Assembly: GCA_002269645.1 (NCBI GenBank)
Contig: NIVC01000035.1
Span: forward strand, 310,001 to 374,000
DNA from: Macrostomum lignano
Lineage: Eukaryota
Length of the DNA stretch: 64,000 bases
Reading direction: 5' to 3'
Under the pieces are notes generated by a model that searched no databases, was not told the origin of the DNA, and was given only the letters and a program-made list of their open reading frames with translations. The position numbers were made by a program, and so were the translations under genes. Below, piece after piece: positions 12,901-24,900 of the stretch; the first letter of the stretch is position 1, and every line of letters begins with the position of its first letter.

Positions 12901-15900
12901 ACTAGGAGGAGGGAAGAGGAGTGACAAGGAGGAGTGAGGAGGGACAAGGAGGAGTGAGGAGTGACAAGGAGGAGTGAAGAGGGACAAGGAGGCTAAAGGA
13001 GTGACAAGGAGGAGTGAAGAGGGACAAGGAGGCTAGAGGAGTAACAAGGAGGAGTGAGGAGTGACAAGGAGGAGTGAGGAGGGACAAGGAGGCTAGAGGA
13101 GTAACAAGGAGGAGTGAGGAGTGACAAGGAGGAGTGAGGAGTGACAAGGAGGAGTGAAGAGGGACAAGGAGGCTAAAGGAGTGACAAGGAGGAGTGAAGA
13201 GGGACAAGGAGGCTAGAGGAGTAACAAGGAGGAGTGAGGAGTGACAAGGAGGAGGGAAGAGGGACAAGGAGGCTAGAGGAGTAACAAGGAGGAGTGAGGA
13301 GTGACAAGGAGGAGTGAGGAGTGACAAGGAGGAGTGAGGAGTGACAAGGAGGAGTGAGGAGTGACAAGGAGGAGTGAGGAGTGACAAGGAGGAGGGAAGA
13401 GGGACAAGGAGGCTAGAGGGGTGACAAGGAGGCTAGAGGGGTGACAAGGAGGGAAAAAGAGTGACTAGTAGGAGGGAAGAGAATTGACAAGGAGGAGAAA
13501 AGATGGGTGACAAGGAGGGAAGAGGAGTGACAAGGGAGGCAAAGGATTGACAATGGATCTCCTCTTTTAATGCCTGCTTCTTAACTAAGAGGCTGTAATG
13601 TGTCTCTTGGATGGCATTATTAATTGTGGGTATTTATATCTCTACAAATATGTTTCTCACGCTCCGCACATGGTCACAAATATTTTATTATTATTTTTTA
13701 CACAATTTTTTAGACACACGCAGCATTACAGGCTGCATGGCTCTTTGAGATGGGGCTTAAGCTCTCTCTCTGTGTGAGATTGTTAATTGCATTTCAATTC
13801 TCACCTGCCCTGGCCTTCCATCTAGTGTGTTTTCTCTCAGGCCTGTTTTACTCATTAATTAATTAGCAAATCTCAACTGCTGTTTCATGCGATCTTTTAG
13901 GGTTGCAGCGGACAAAGCAGCCGGCCTTCAAAAACATTTCAGCTTTATTTAATTGTAACAATTTAGCACCGGGAAATGTTTGCTCTTGTGAGGTCAAGTA
14001 AGGTGACACTGTTGAATAGAAACTGTCGTTAGTTATGCATTTCCGCAACAGAGTTTGTTTAAAAAGCAAATTGCCTGATTTCTGCAAAGGCTTGCGAGGA
14101 AATTTTGGAGTATTAATGACTAATTGTTATAGTAACTGATTACACCTGATAATAAATCAATTCAGTGATTATTAATAATAAGGGGGTGGTAGCCTGGTGG
14201 TTACAGCATCGGACTCACGATTTGAAGGTCCGGTGTTCGTTTCTCGATCCCACTGAATCATCTCACCCAGCTGTAAAATGAGTGCCAGCATTAGCTGGGG
14301 GTAATTGAGGGGGTGTGTGGCGACTCCCCAGTCCTTGGACTGAACAGCCGTACGCAGCCTTCAGATGCGCCGCGCAATAGAAAGCTGCGGCTGAGCTGTC
14401 GGTTGCACATCTGGCCCAATTGGGGCAGGTGTTATCAATGGTGAGCCCATGGCTTTTAAAAGAGTTATGCAAGCAGTCTCTCCCGTTTTGCTGAACCGCA
14501 CGCACAAACCCAAAAGGCACAGTGAGTGTACTCAGTGCTGGCTGTGGGACCATGTCGCCGAAGGCGTTGCGCTAGGGTGCCCTCCTAAAATTATTATTTA
14601 TTACTAATATACTTTGAAGCTCGGAGGCACGAGAAGAATTTGAATATCTGAAAAAATATATACGGTTTAGACTGAAGCAGTTGAAGAAATCCTTGACTAA
14701 TTTAAGTGCTTTTTGTGTAATTGAGAAATTCTGAATGACAGGCTAAAGAGAGCAGAGAGTAGCAAAGCGTCAGTTGTTGCTCGGGAAGATTTTGTGGCTG
14801 CTCAGGTCAACTGGGCTCATTCACGTAAATTTTTGTTCAATTTTCTTAACCTTTTGTGGGAGACAAAGAGATAATGCTTTGAATTTAAAGAGAGAGGACA
14901 GACAATAGATGAGAGGAGAGAGGAGAGAGGAGAGTGGAGATGAAGTGTGGATAGTGGAGAGAGGAGAGAGGAGAGAGGAGAGGAGAGAGGAGAGAAGAGA
15001 GGAGAGGAGAGGGGAGAGGGGAGAGAGGAGAGAGAAGAGAGGAGAGGGGAGGAGGGAGGAGAGAGGAGAGAGGAGAGGAGAGAGGAGAGAGGAGAGGAGA
15101 GAGGAGAGAGGAGAGGAGAGAGGAGAGAGGAGAGGGGAGAGAGGAGAGAGGAGAGAGGGGAGGGAAGAGGAGAGATGAGAGGAGAGAGGAGAGAGGAGAG
15201 GAGAGAGGAGAGAGGAGAGAGGATAGAGGAGAGAGGAGAGAGGAGAGAGGAGAGAGGAGAGGAGAGAGGAGAGAGGAGAGAGGAGAGAGGAGAGAGAGAG
15301 AGAGGAGAGAGGAGAGAGGAGAGAGGGAGAGAGGAGAGAGAAGAGAGGAGAGAGGGGAGGGAAGAGGAGAGGAGAGAGGAGAGAGGAGAGAGGAGAGAGG
15401 AGAGAGGAGAGGGGAGAGAGGAGAGAGAAGAGAGGAGAGAGGGGAGGGAAGAGGAGAGGAGAGAGGAGAGAGGAGAGAGGAGAGAGGAGAGAGAAGAGAG
15501 GAGAGAGGGGAGGGAAGAGGAGAGGAGAGAGGAGAGAGGAGAGAGGGGAGGGAAGAGGAGAGGAGAGAGGAGAGGAGAGAGTAGAGAGGAGAGAGGAGAA
15601 AGGAGAGAGGAGAGAGGAGAGAGGGGAGGGAAGAGGAGAGGAGAGAGGAGAGGAGAGAGGAGAGAGGGGAGAGAGTAGACAAAGATTTCGGGCCTTGCGA
15701 GATCGCAAAGCGGCAGCTTCACCGCAAGCCAGCAGCCTCGGTCCGGCAGCAATAACTCAATACCGATTATCCAAAAGCCTATTAACAGACAGTTGAATTT
15801 TTTGCGAGAAGAAATTTCATCAGGCAGAACACAAATTGCAGGCATAAAATTGATGTAATTCAGTAATTGAAGAACCTCAGTGCCTCACACTCTCTTGCCC

Positions 15901-18900
15901 TCTGCAGCTCCGCTCCTGCCTCGCCAGACACACGATGTATTTACACTTGATTTGAATGAACTTTTTTTTAACTTTCTCTCTCAGACAATTCAGTCGAGTG
16001 AGCTTGGATTGACTGTCAATTACCTGGGAACAGAAGGGCTTGAGAGGGTATTTGCGGCGCTGAGTGACAACACACGCTGCAGTGGCTGCTCACCTCTCAG
16101 CACTGAGCTAATATATAAGAAAAAGCCAATTCAAATTGTGAGCACAAAAATGAGCAAAAGGCTTTTAATTCAATTGAATGGGCTTGTTGGCGAGTAGACT
16201 TAAAGAGGCTGCTAGAGGCTAGCTGGGATTAAGGTCTGATAAAATAGAGAAAAGAGGATTAAGGATTATCCCTAAGCAGGAAGTGGACATGCAGTTGTCA
16301 CGAGAAGCGCCGTGAGTCAGCTGGTCTCATATTTTCTGCGCTCATTCCGCCTTCTTGTCGCGTGTCAAGAAGCTTTTAATCCCATTGGAAAATTCCTTTC
16401 TTAACGTCTCTAAACACTTGAAATTCCTGAGCACTCGTGTCCGCTCAATAGCGGACGGGAGGATGGGACTCGAGGTGCTGAAGTCTCCGCCGATCGAGCG
16501 TCTGGGATGAGTCAGGACCGACCCCGCACAGCCCCGGCTAACAAGCTGGTGGTTGCGCCATCATCACAGGAACTGCCTGCCTCTCTCAGCGGGATAAATT
16601 GAGTGGAATAAAATTCCTAATTAGTCTCAGGTTGAACTCCTTCACACTGCTGCCAATTGTCAGTGCTTCTAACAACGGATTCTATCCTCTTCCTTTTTTT
16701 AGGGAAGCCGAACTTTATATCAAAATTTCAAAATTTCCCCAAACCTTCACCGTAAACCTCGCTAAACCAGCTTCATCAACCCCGATAACTTTCCCCATCG
16801 CAGCACCACCGGCTCAACCGACTGTGACCGCCGCAGACTCCGACACCGCCATCGAAGGCAGCCGACTTAATCTTACCTGTCAATCAGTGGGCGGAAATCC
16901 GCCACCCCAGATTAGCTGGTCTGTTCGGCAGCGGTCTCAGACTGAGTACTCGGCACTGGACTCAATGTCTCCAGTCTTCAGCTGGCAACCGCCAGCACAG
17001 AAATTCGGGAGCACTGTCGCTTCGGTGTCTGTGCTGACAGCATCTTCTGCTAATTTGGCAGGAATTGTGTGTCACACTGCACACCCACTGGCTAATGCTA
17101 CCAGCAATGAGCTGCTGATTAAAGTGCTCTGTGAGTGTCTCCTTGCTCTTGTACGCTCGTATATTAGGTCAGCCTAGAGTGAGCTTTTAGTAGGCTTGAG
17201 TACAGTTTGAGGTAGCCTTAGTTCTCTTGAGAAGGTTTGTGGCAGACTTGAGTAGGCTTGTGGTAGACTTGAGTAGGCTTGTGGTAGACTTGAGTAGGTT
17301 TGCGGTAGACTTGAGTAGGTTTGTAATAGACTTGAGTAGGCTTGTGGTAGACTTGAGTAGGCTTGTGGCAGACTTGAGTATAAGGTTTGTGGTTGACTTG
17401 AGTAGGTTTGCCGTAGACTTGAGTAGGTTTGCGGTAGGCTTGAGTAGGTTTGCGGTAGACTTGAGTAGGTTTGCGGTAGTCTTGAGAAGGTTTGCGGTAG
17501 GCTTGAGTAGGTTTGCGGTAGACTTGAGTATAAGGTTTGTGGTTGACTTGAGTAGGTTTGCCGTAGACTTGAGTAGGTTTGCGGTAGACTTGAGTAGGTT
17601 TGTAGTAGACTTGAGTAGGTTTGCGGTAGACTTGAGTAGGTTTGCGGTAGACTTGAGTAGGTTTGTAGTAGACTTGAGTAGGTTTGCGGTAGGCTTGAGT
17701 AGGTTTGCGGTAGACTTGAGAAGGTTTGTGGCAGACTTGAGTAGGTTTGCGGTAGACTTGAGTAGGTTTGCGGTAGACTTGAGTAGGTTTGTAGTAGACT
17801 TAAGTAGGTTTGCGGTAGACTTGAGTAGGTTTGCGGTAGACTTGAGTAGGTTTGCGGTAGACTTGAGTAGATTTGTGGTTGACTTGATTAGATTTGTGGT
17901 TGACTTAAGTAGGTTTATGGTAAACTTGAGTAGCTTTTTGGTAGACTTGAGTAGGTTTGTAATAGACTTGAGTAGGTTTGCGGTAGACTTGAGTAGGTTT
18001 GTAATAGACTTGAGTATGTTTGCGATAGACTTGAGTAAGTTTGTGGTAGACTTGAGTAGGTTTGCGGTAGACTTGAGTAGGTTTGCGGTAGGCTTGAGTA
18101 TAAGGTTTGTGGTTGACTTGAGTAGGTTTGCGGTAGACTTGAGTATAAGGTTTGTGGTTGACTTGAGTAGGTTTGCCGTAGACTTGAGTAGGTTTGCGGT
18201 AGACTTGAGTAGGTTTGCGGTAGACTTGAGTAGGTTTGCGGTAGGCTTGAGTAGGTTTGCGGTAGACTTGAGTAGGTTTGTAGTAGACTTGAGTAGGTTT
18301 GCGGTAGACTTGAGTATAAGGTTTGTGGTTGACTTGAGTAGGTTTGCCGTAGACTTGAGTAGGTTTGCGGTAGACTTGAGTAGGTTTGTAGTAGACTTGA
18401 GTAGGTTTGCGGTAGGCTTGAGTAGGTTTGCGGTAGACTTGAGTATAAGGTTTGTGGTTGACTTGAGTAGGTTTGTAGTAGACTTGAGTAGGTTTGCGGT
18501 AGACTTGAGTAGGTTTGCGGTAGACTTGAGTAGGTTTGCGGTAGACTTGAGTAGGTTTGTAGTAGACTTGAGTAGGTTTGCGGTAGGCTTGAGTAGGTTT
18601 GCGGTAGACTTGAGTAGGTTTGTGGTAGACTTGAGTAGATTTGCGGTAGACTTGAGTAGGTTTGCGGTAGACTTGAGTAGGTTTGCGGTAGGCTTGAGTA
18701 GGTTTGCGGTAGACTTGAGTAGGTTTGTAGTAGACTTAAGTAGGTTTGCGGTAGACTTGAGTAGGTTTGCGGTAGACTTGAGTAGGTTTGCGGTAGACTT
18801 GAGTAGGTTTGTAGTAGACTTAAGTAGGTTTGCGGTAGACTTGAGTAGGTTTGTGGTTGACTTGAGTAGGTTTGCGGTACACTGGCTTGAGTATAGAGCG

Positions 18901-21900
18901 GCCTGAATGTTTCGCTACCTCTACGCCCCCCGTCGCTCTCCACCGCCGCAGACGCTCCTAAGCTGCCGCGGGTGGCGTCGCAGCGAGCCATCGCAGGCAG
19001 CTCCGTCGGCATCAACTGCACCGCCGATGCCAACCCAGTAGCCAAACTAACTTTGCTCAAATCCAATTCCACTTTGTCAGGTAAAAAACAAGCAGAATTT
19101 ATCGCACTGCACTACTCTCATCAGTGGCAAGTAGGAAATTTTATTCAAAAAACTAAAAAAACGAATTGAAATTTCATGGCAGAGGCGTCCCAGCCGACTC
19201 TGCTGCACTCTGTGCCTTCGGCAACTCGGAACCTCACCGGAGTTTACAGCTGCCTGGCCAGCAACTCCATCGGCTCCGCACGTCGAGACTTCAGCCTGAC
19301 GGTGCTGTACCCGCCAGCTGTCCAGGCGCCTAGCTCCGTGACGGTTCGCGAAGGCGCCAGCCTGCAGGTCGGCTGCAACGTCGAGGCCGAGCCGCCGCCG
19401 TTCACCGTCAACTGGCGGCACCCGGGCAGCGGCCGGCTCCTCGGCAACTCCAGCCGGCTGCTCATTACTGCGGCCGCGAGAACAGACGCCGGCGAGTGGA
19501 CCTGCGAGGCACAGAACCTGATGTCGCCGAGCGATGGCCGAGAGCCAAGGAACGGCCGAGGCTCGGCCACCGTCCAGGTGACGGTGCAGTACCCGCCGGG
19601 CATGCCGGTGGTGGCGTTCACCGCAGGCACCTCGGTGGTTCAGTCGGGCAGTCGGGTTGCTCTGGTGTGCAGGCCCAGCCTGCTCAGCCCGGGTGTACCC
19701 GAGCCGGGCTTCTCGTGGACTATCAGGACATCCACGTCGACCAGGGTGGCTACGGGACCGGCTCTGACAATTGAGTCGACGGGTCTGGAGGACAGCGGAG
19801 AGTACGCCTGCGTGGCGGAGAACTCCGCAGGCCGAGGTCCCGCTGCCAGCATCAGCCTGACGGTGCAGCAGCCGCCGCGGTGGCTAGACGATTCTACAGC
19901 GACGACAACGACAACTACGACCAGTGTCGGAGTGGGCAGCTTTGCTTTGGTTTGCGCGGTGCGCGGTCGGCCAGCCTGCGAAGTTGCGTGGAGTCGAAAT
20001 GGTCGCGAGCTCGACCCTGGGGCGTATAGTGTCAGCAGAGAGTTCGACCCTGCGCTGTGAGTTGGGAAGTGCCAATCAGACACCAAATAAGGGGTAGAGA
20101 AGTTTCACTGGCCAATCAGACACCAAATAGGACTTAGAGAAGCGCCACTGCCAATCAGACACCAAATAAGGGGTAGAGAAGTGCCACTGGCCAATCAGAC
20201 ACCAAATAGGGGTAGAGAAGTGCCGCTAGCCAATCAGACACCAAATAGGGGGTAGAGAAGTGCCACTGGCCAATCAGACACCAAATAGGGGTAGAGAAGT
20301 GCCGCTAGCCAATCAGACACCAAATAGGGGGTAGAGAAGTGCCGCTAGCCAATCAGACACCAACTAGGACTTAGAGAAGCGCCACTGCCAATCAGACACC
20401 AAATAAGGGGTAGAGAAGTGCCGCTAGCCAATCAGACACCAAATAGGGGGTAGAGAAGTGCCACTGGCCAATCAGACACCAAATAGGGGGTAGAAAAGTG
20501 CCACTGGCAAATCAGAGACCAGCGTTCACATTTAAAACGAGTGGGCGAGAGTTAACGAACGCTTTTCTTATCAACTATTAAAGTCGCATATACACAATGC
20601 CACTCACCTGACCACACCAACGCACCAGCTTTGTGACGAGAAGCACCCTGCGCTTCGTTGGTCCGAGTCGCAGCATTCTACAGCCGAAAGACAACGGGGC
20701 GTACGGCTGTTCGGCACAGAATTCGCACGGCAAAATAACTCGAACTTTTAATCTAGTTGTCGAGTGTAAGTAGTGCTGTTGAAAGTATTTATAAACTATA
20801 GAACAGCCAAAGGGAGACGACATAGCATAAACATCTCAGGATCGATTTGAGTAAGCTTTGGGTTTCCTATAGCCTTAGAGGCTGGGTAGCGGTCGTGCCA
20901 ACCCCCGAAGCACAGAGTGAGGTCAGTCGATTGAGCATAACAACTGCATGCTACTTCAAGTACCAATTACGCCTCAAAAAACGCTTCAGTTCCGCCGCTG
21001 ATTCAGACCAGCACCACCAAGCTGGCCTTGGATCCGGCAGCCTCCGAGATCTCGCTGGAGTGCGAAATCCTGGCTCAGCCAAAGCCAAAAGTGACCTGGG
21101 AGGTCGGGTCGAACAGCTACGTGAGCAACGTCAGTCAGGACACGCTGACGCCGTACAAGCACCGAGCAACGCTGTTCGGCGTTCGCTCGCACGGTCGGTT
21201 CACCTGCGTTGCTAGGAACGCCCTGGGCGAGGCCAGACACAGCGTAGACGTGGTCCCTAGAGGACCGCCGGATCCGCCAACCAACTTGAGAATGTTGTCG
21301 CCTCCGAACTGGGATCGAGTCTCGTTGTCATGGCAACCAGGATTCGACGGAGGCCTACAGGCATCGATGTGGCTTCGCTGCACTCCGCCGCCTGAGGGTC
21401 GATCAGCTGACGAACCAATTCGAATCGAGCACGACTCATCGCTGCGGACGGTGGCAGCCAACCTGACGAATCTGCTCCCGGCAACCAACTATTCCGTGGT
21501 TGTCTTCGCCAGAAACCAGCTCGGTTCCGGTTCGAACTCGGCGGAGTTGCGCTTCACCACGTCGGAACTGGCGATGCCCACCGTGACGGGGCTGCGACGA
21601 GACGGCAACAGCGCGACAACTCTGCTGCTGGACGCTTGGCCGGCGGGCTACTGCCTTCGGGTGGAAGCTGCCGCGTCGGTAAAAAAAAGTCAAACGCAGC
21701 AGCAGCAACAACAGCAGAAGTTGGACGCCTCCGAGCGACAGTGGCGTCAGGTGAAGCTGCAGCAGTCAGCTTGCGACGCTCCCAGCGATGGACGCCTAAC
21801 GGGCTTGGATCTATCCACTCTGACCTATCGACTGTCCCTCTGTCTGGCTGACAGGCTAGCCGTGTGCGGCCCTGCTGCCACCACTGAGAATAGTGAGTTG

Positions 21901-24900
21901 ATGAATTATAGTGTTTGAGACCTTCGGATAAAGAAATGTTTGTTCGTGTAGATGGTTTTTGGTTGACTGATTAACGAACTGCATTTCAGCTACATGCTCT
22001 TTTCGCACTCTCCTACTTTCGTTAGTAGTAACAGTACTTCTGTGTTGCTACGTTAAAATCGCGAAAACATTGGTAGGATTTAGATTTTCTAATATAGCTT
22101 TTTGCCGCTCATTTGTGCCTAAGCGCATTGAATTTAATCCAGGATAGGCTTGCCAATGTACCGGAGCTTTTGTCTATGGTAGCAAGGCTGGCACAGCGGC
22201 ATTTCATTTGGTCCAACAAGCATCAATTTGGTCCATTGCTTCATCTGCAACTGCTGCGGAGGTGCAACATCATACCCAGAATTGTGGACCATATGCTGGG
22301 CTGTCGAACCAAGGCCATTGGCTTGTGATCGAAGCGCTCGACAGAGATGAACACCCAAAGGACATTGCAAGGCTGCTGAATGTAAAAGAAAATATGGTTT
22401 ACAGCATCCATCAGCGCGTTGAAACCACTGGCGGCCTAAATCGCTTGCAAAGGGGTGGCAATCGCCAAGGCAAGTTGCGAGAGCCTCAGGTCCAACTGCT
22501 ACTCGATGCAGTTAAGACGAACCCTTTGTTGACGTTGTAGAAGTGCAGAAGAAGTTGAAGGAACAATTTGGACTATCAGCAGAGCTCTGGAAAGGCGACT
22601 GAAAATTGATGGTAGAGACGCTGATATTCCAGCGGTACTCAACAACCTGCAGACGGTTGCTAGGGGGCAAGAATTTGCCGAATGGCTCACGATCGTTTGG
22701 ACCAAATTGATGCTTGTTGGACCAAACTAAATGCTTCTGTGCCAAGCCTTGCTACCATAGACAAAAGCTCCGTTACATTGTGTGTACATGCCTGTGTGGT
22801 GATGAGAAAGTCAGGGCCGCAAAATGCAAGTATCGAGACTGAGTGCTGACGATAGCCGTTCGGGTCAACTAAGGGCAGCTGTGTTCAGCTGCGCAGCGAC
22901 CGCGCTTTGTAGAACACGCAAAACCTGTCAGATGCGCATCGGCTGTTTCTGACAGTCGCAGAGTGCAGCCCATCAGGAGCTCCCTAATTAACGGGGCCGC
23001 ATGCTTAGACCAACCACCGCTGCAGGGGCAACTTTTTGACAGATTTTTTCTCCCAGCAAAAACAGCTCCAACCGTCCCCTGACTGCCTACCTACCTATCT
23101 AGCAGTGAGTGGAACAGAATGTAAAAACCGAAAATGTCAATCATTTTGTCTCGGCCACCAGGGGAAGGCAGTGAGAGCTTCAGGTAACGGTTCTGCAGTT
23201 GTCTTTTCCACTCTCTTCTTAACCCTCGTTCAAGGAGGCCAAGAACTAAGAATCTGGAGTGGAAACTCTTCCCAAAATCCCTCATTCTTGTGTGTGCTCA
23301 AGTCAGCGAACTGGGCAGCGGTTGTGGGACCATGTCGCCGAAGGCGTTGCGCCAGGGAAGCTGACAGACCTCCTGCTGTGCGAAAGAGCTGTCACTCCAA
23401 GTTTTGGCCCTGAGTCTCCAGGGCTCCCACAACCCCTCCCGGCAATGGCAAGACAATTAGCCAGAGGCAGGAAAGCCACTTCCTTTCTACACCTTACCTT
23501 CCACAGGTTTGTCAATTTCCCAAGAAGCCTAGACCGCCATGCAGAATCAATAGAAAGTTTCAGGGGGAGCTGCGGTTTACCTGCTTTGCAACACCTCATC
23601 CCCAGTTTCAAGCGCCATTTCTCACCTCTTGTTCTTTATTCTACCAAAAAATTTATGCAATGGCTGCTTCACGCACTGCTGTGTGAAGTTCTCTTGAGAC
23701 GGGCCTGGGGAGGGTTGGTGGCAAGCCGCTGCTGCAACATGCGATTCTTTTTGCCGCCTCTGCAGTCTGCTGACTTTCCTGTCTTCTGCCCGACAAATCT
23801 GACAGAAATCTATTGCTTGTATGTACTCTCACTGCTCTCACTACTCTCACTGCTCTCACTGCTCTCACTGCTCTCACTGCTCTCACTACTCTCACTGCTC
23901 TCACTGCTCTCACTGCTCTCACTGCTCTCACTGCTCTCACTGCTCTCACTGCTCTCACTGCCTCCCTGCCTCTGCCAGTTGCCACTCTCGCCTGCTCAAG
24001 CCTATCCTGATATCCCTCTCCTCTCTCCTCTCCCTCTCTCCTCTCTTCTCTCTCCTCTCCCTCTCTCCTCTCTCCCCTCTCCTCTCCCTCTCTCCTCTCT
24101 CATCTCTCCTCTCCCTCTCTCCTCTCTCATCTCTCCTCTCCCTCTCTCCTCTCTTCTCTCTCCTCTCCCTCTCTCCTCTCTCATCTCTCATCTCTCATCT
24201 CTCATCTCTCTTCTCTCCTCTCTCCTCTCTCTTCTCTCCTCTCTCCTCTCTCCTCTCTCATCTCTCCTCTCCCTCTCTCCTCTCTCATCTCTCCTCTCCC
24301 TCTCTCCTCTCTTCTCTCTTCTCTCCCTCTTTCCTCTCTTCTCTCTCCTCTCTCCTCTCCCTCTCTCCTCTCTTCTCTCTCCTCTCTCATCTCTCCTCTC
24401 TCCTCTCTCATCTCTCATCTCTCTTCTCTCCTCTCTCCTCTCTCCACTCTCATCTCTCCTCTCTCCTCTCTCCTCTCTCCTCTCTCCTCACTCGTTTCTC
24501 CCCTCTCCTCTCTCCTCTCTCGTCTTGTTAAGTTGTTTTTGCTTCTCAGAAAAAAGAGGAAAAAAGAGAGCAGTCCCAATAATCTTCTCATGCTTTGTAA
24601 TTACTGTACAGAGAATATCTCTTCGAAAAAAATTGTCCCGAATCCCGTTCTCACACACCCTGATTACGCAACCCAAACTGCAGTCCTCTTCAAGCCACAC
24701 AGGGTCACTTTGTTCTCTTCCACTAATATCGACCAGGAATCAAGGCTCAGAAAAAAAATCAATCAAAAAGTTGGGATTAGCCAAAGAGAAGAAAGGGGAG
24801 AGAAAATGATGGGCTTTGTCGTTTGATCCTCGCTCCCCTTCTCCCCTGTAGCTTTGATGCCTCTTGACAGCGTATGGGGCAAAGGAGATCATTCGCGGGG

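Noticed and set aside
14541-14572. Reverse complement contains CATGGTCCCA, resembling the 5' part of the HDV ribozyme
   Set aside because: The required P3/L3 (UCCUCGC-like), P1 complement and J4/2 elements are not present at either copy
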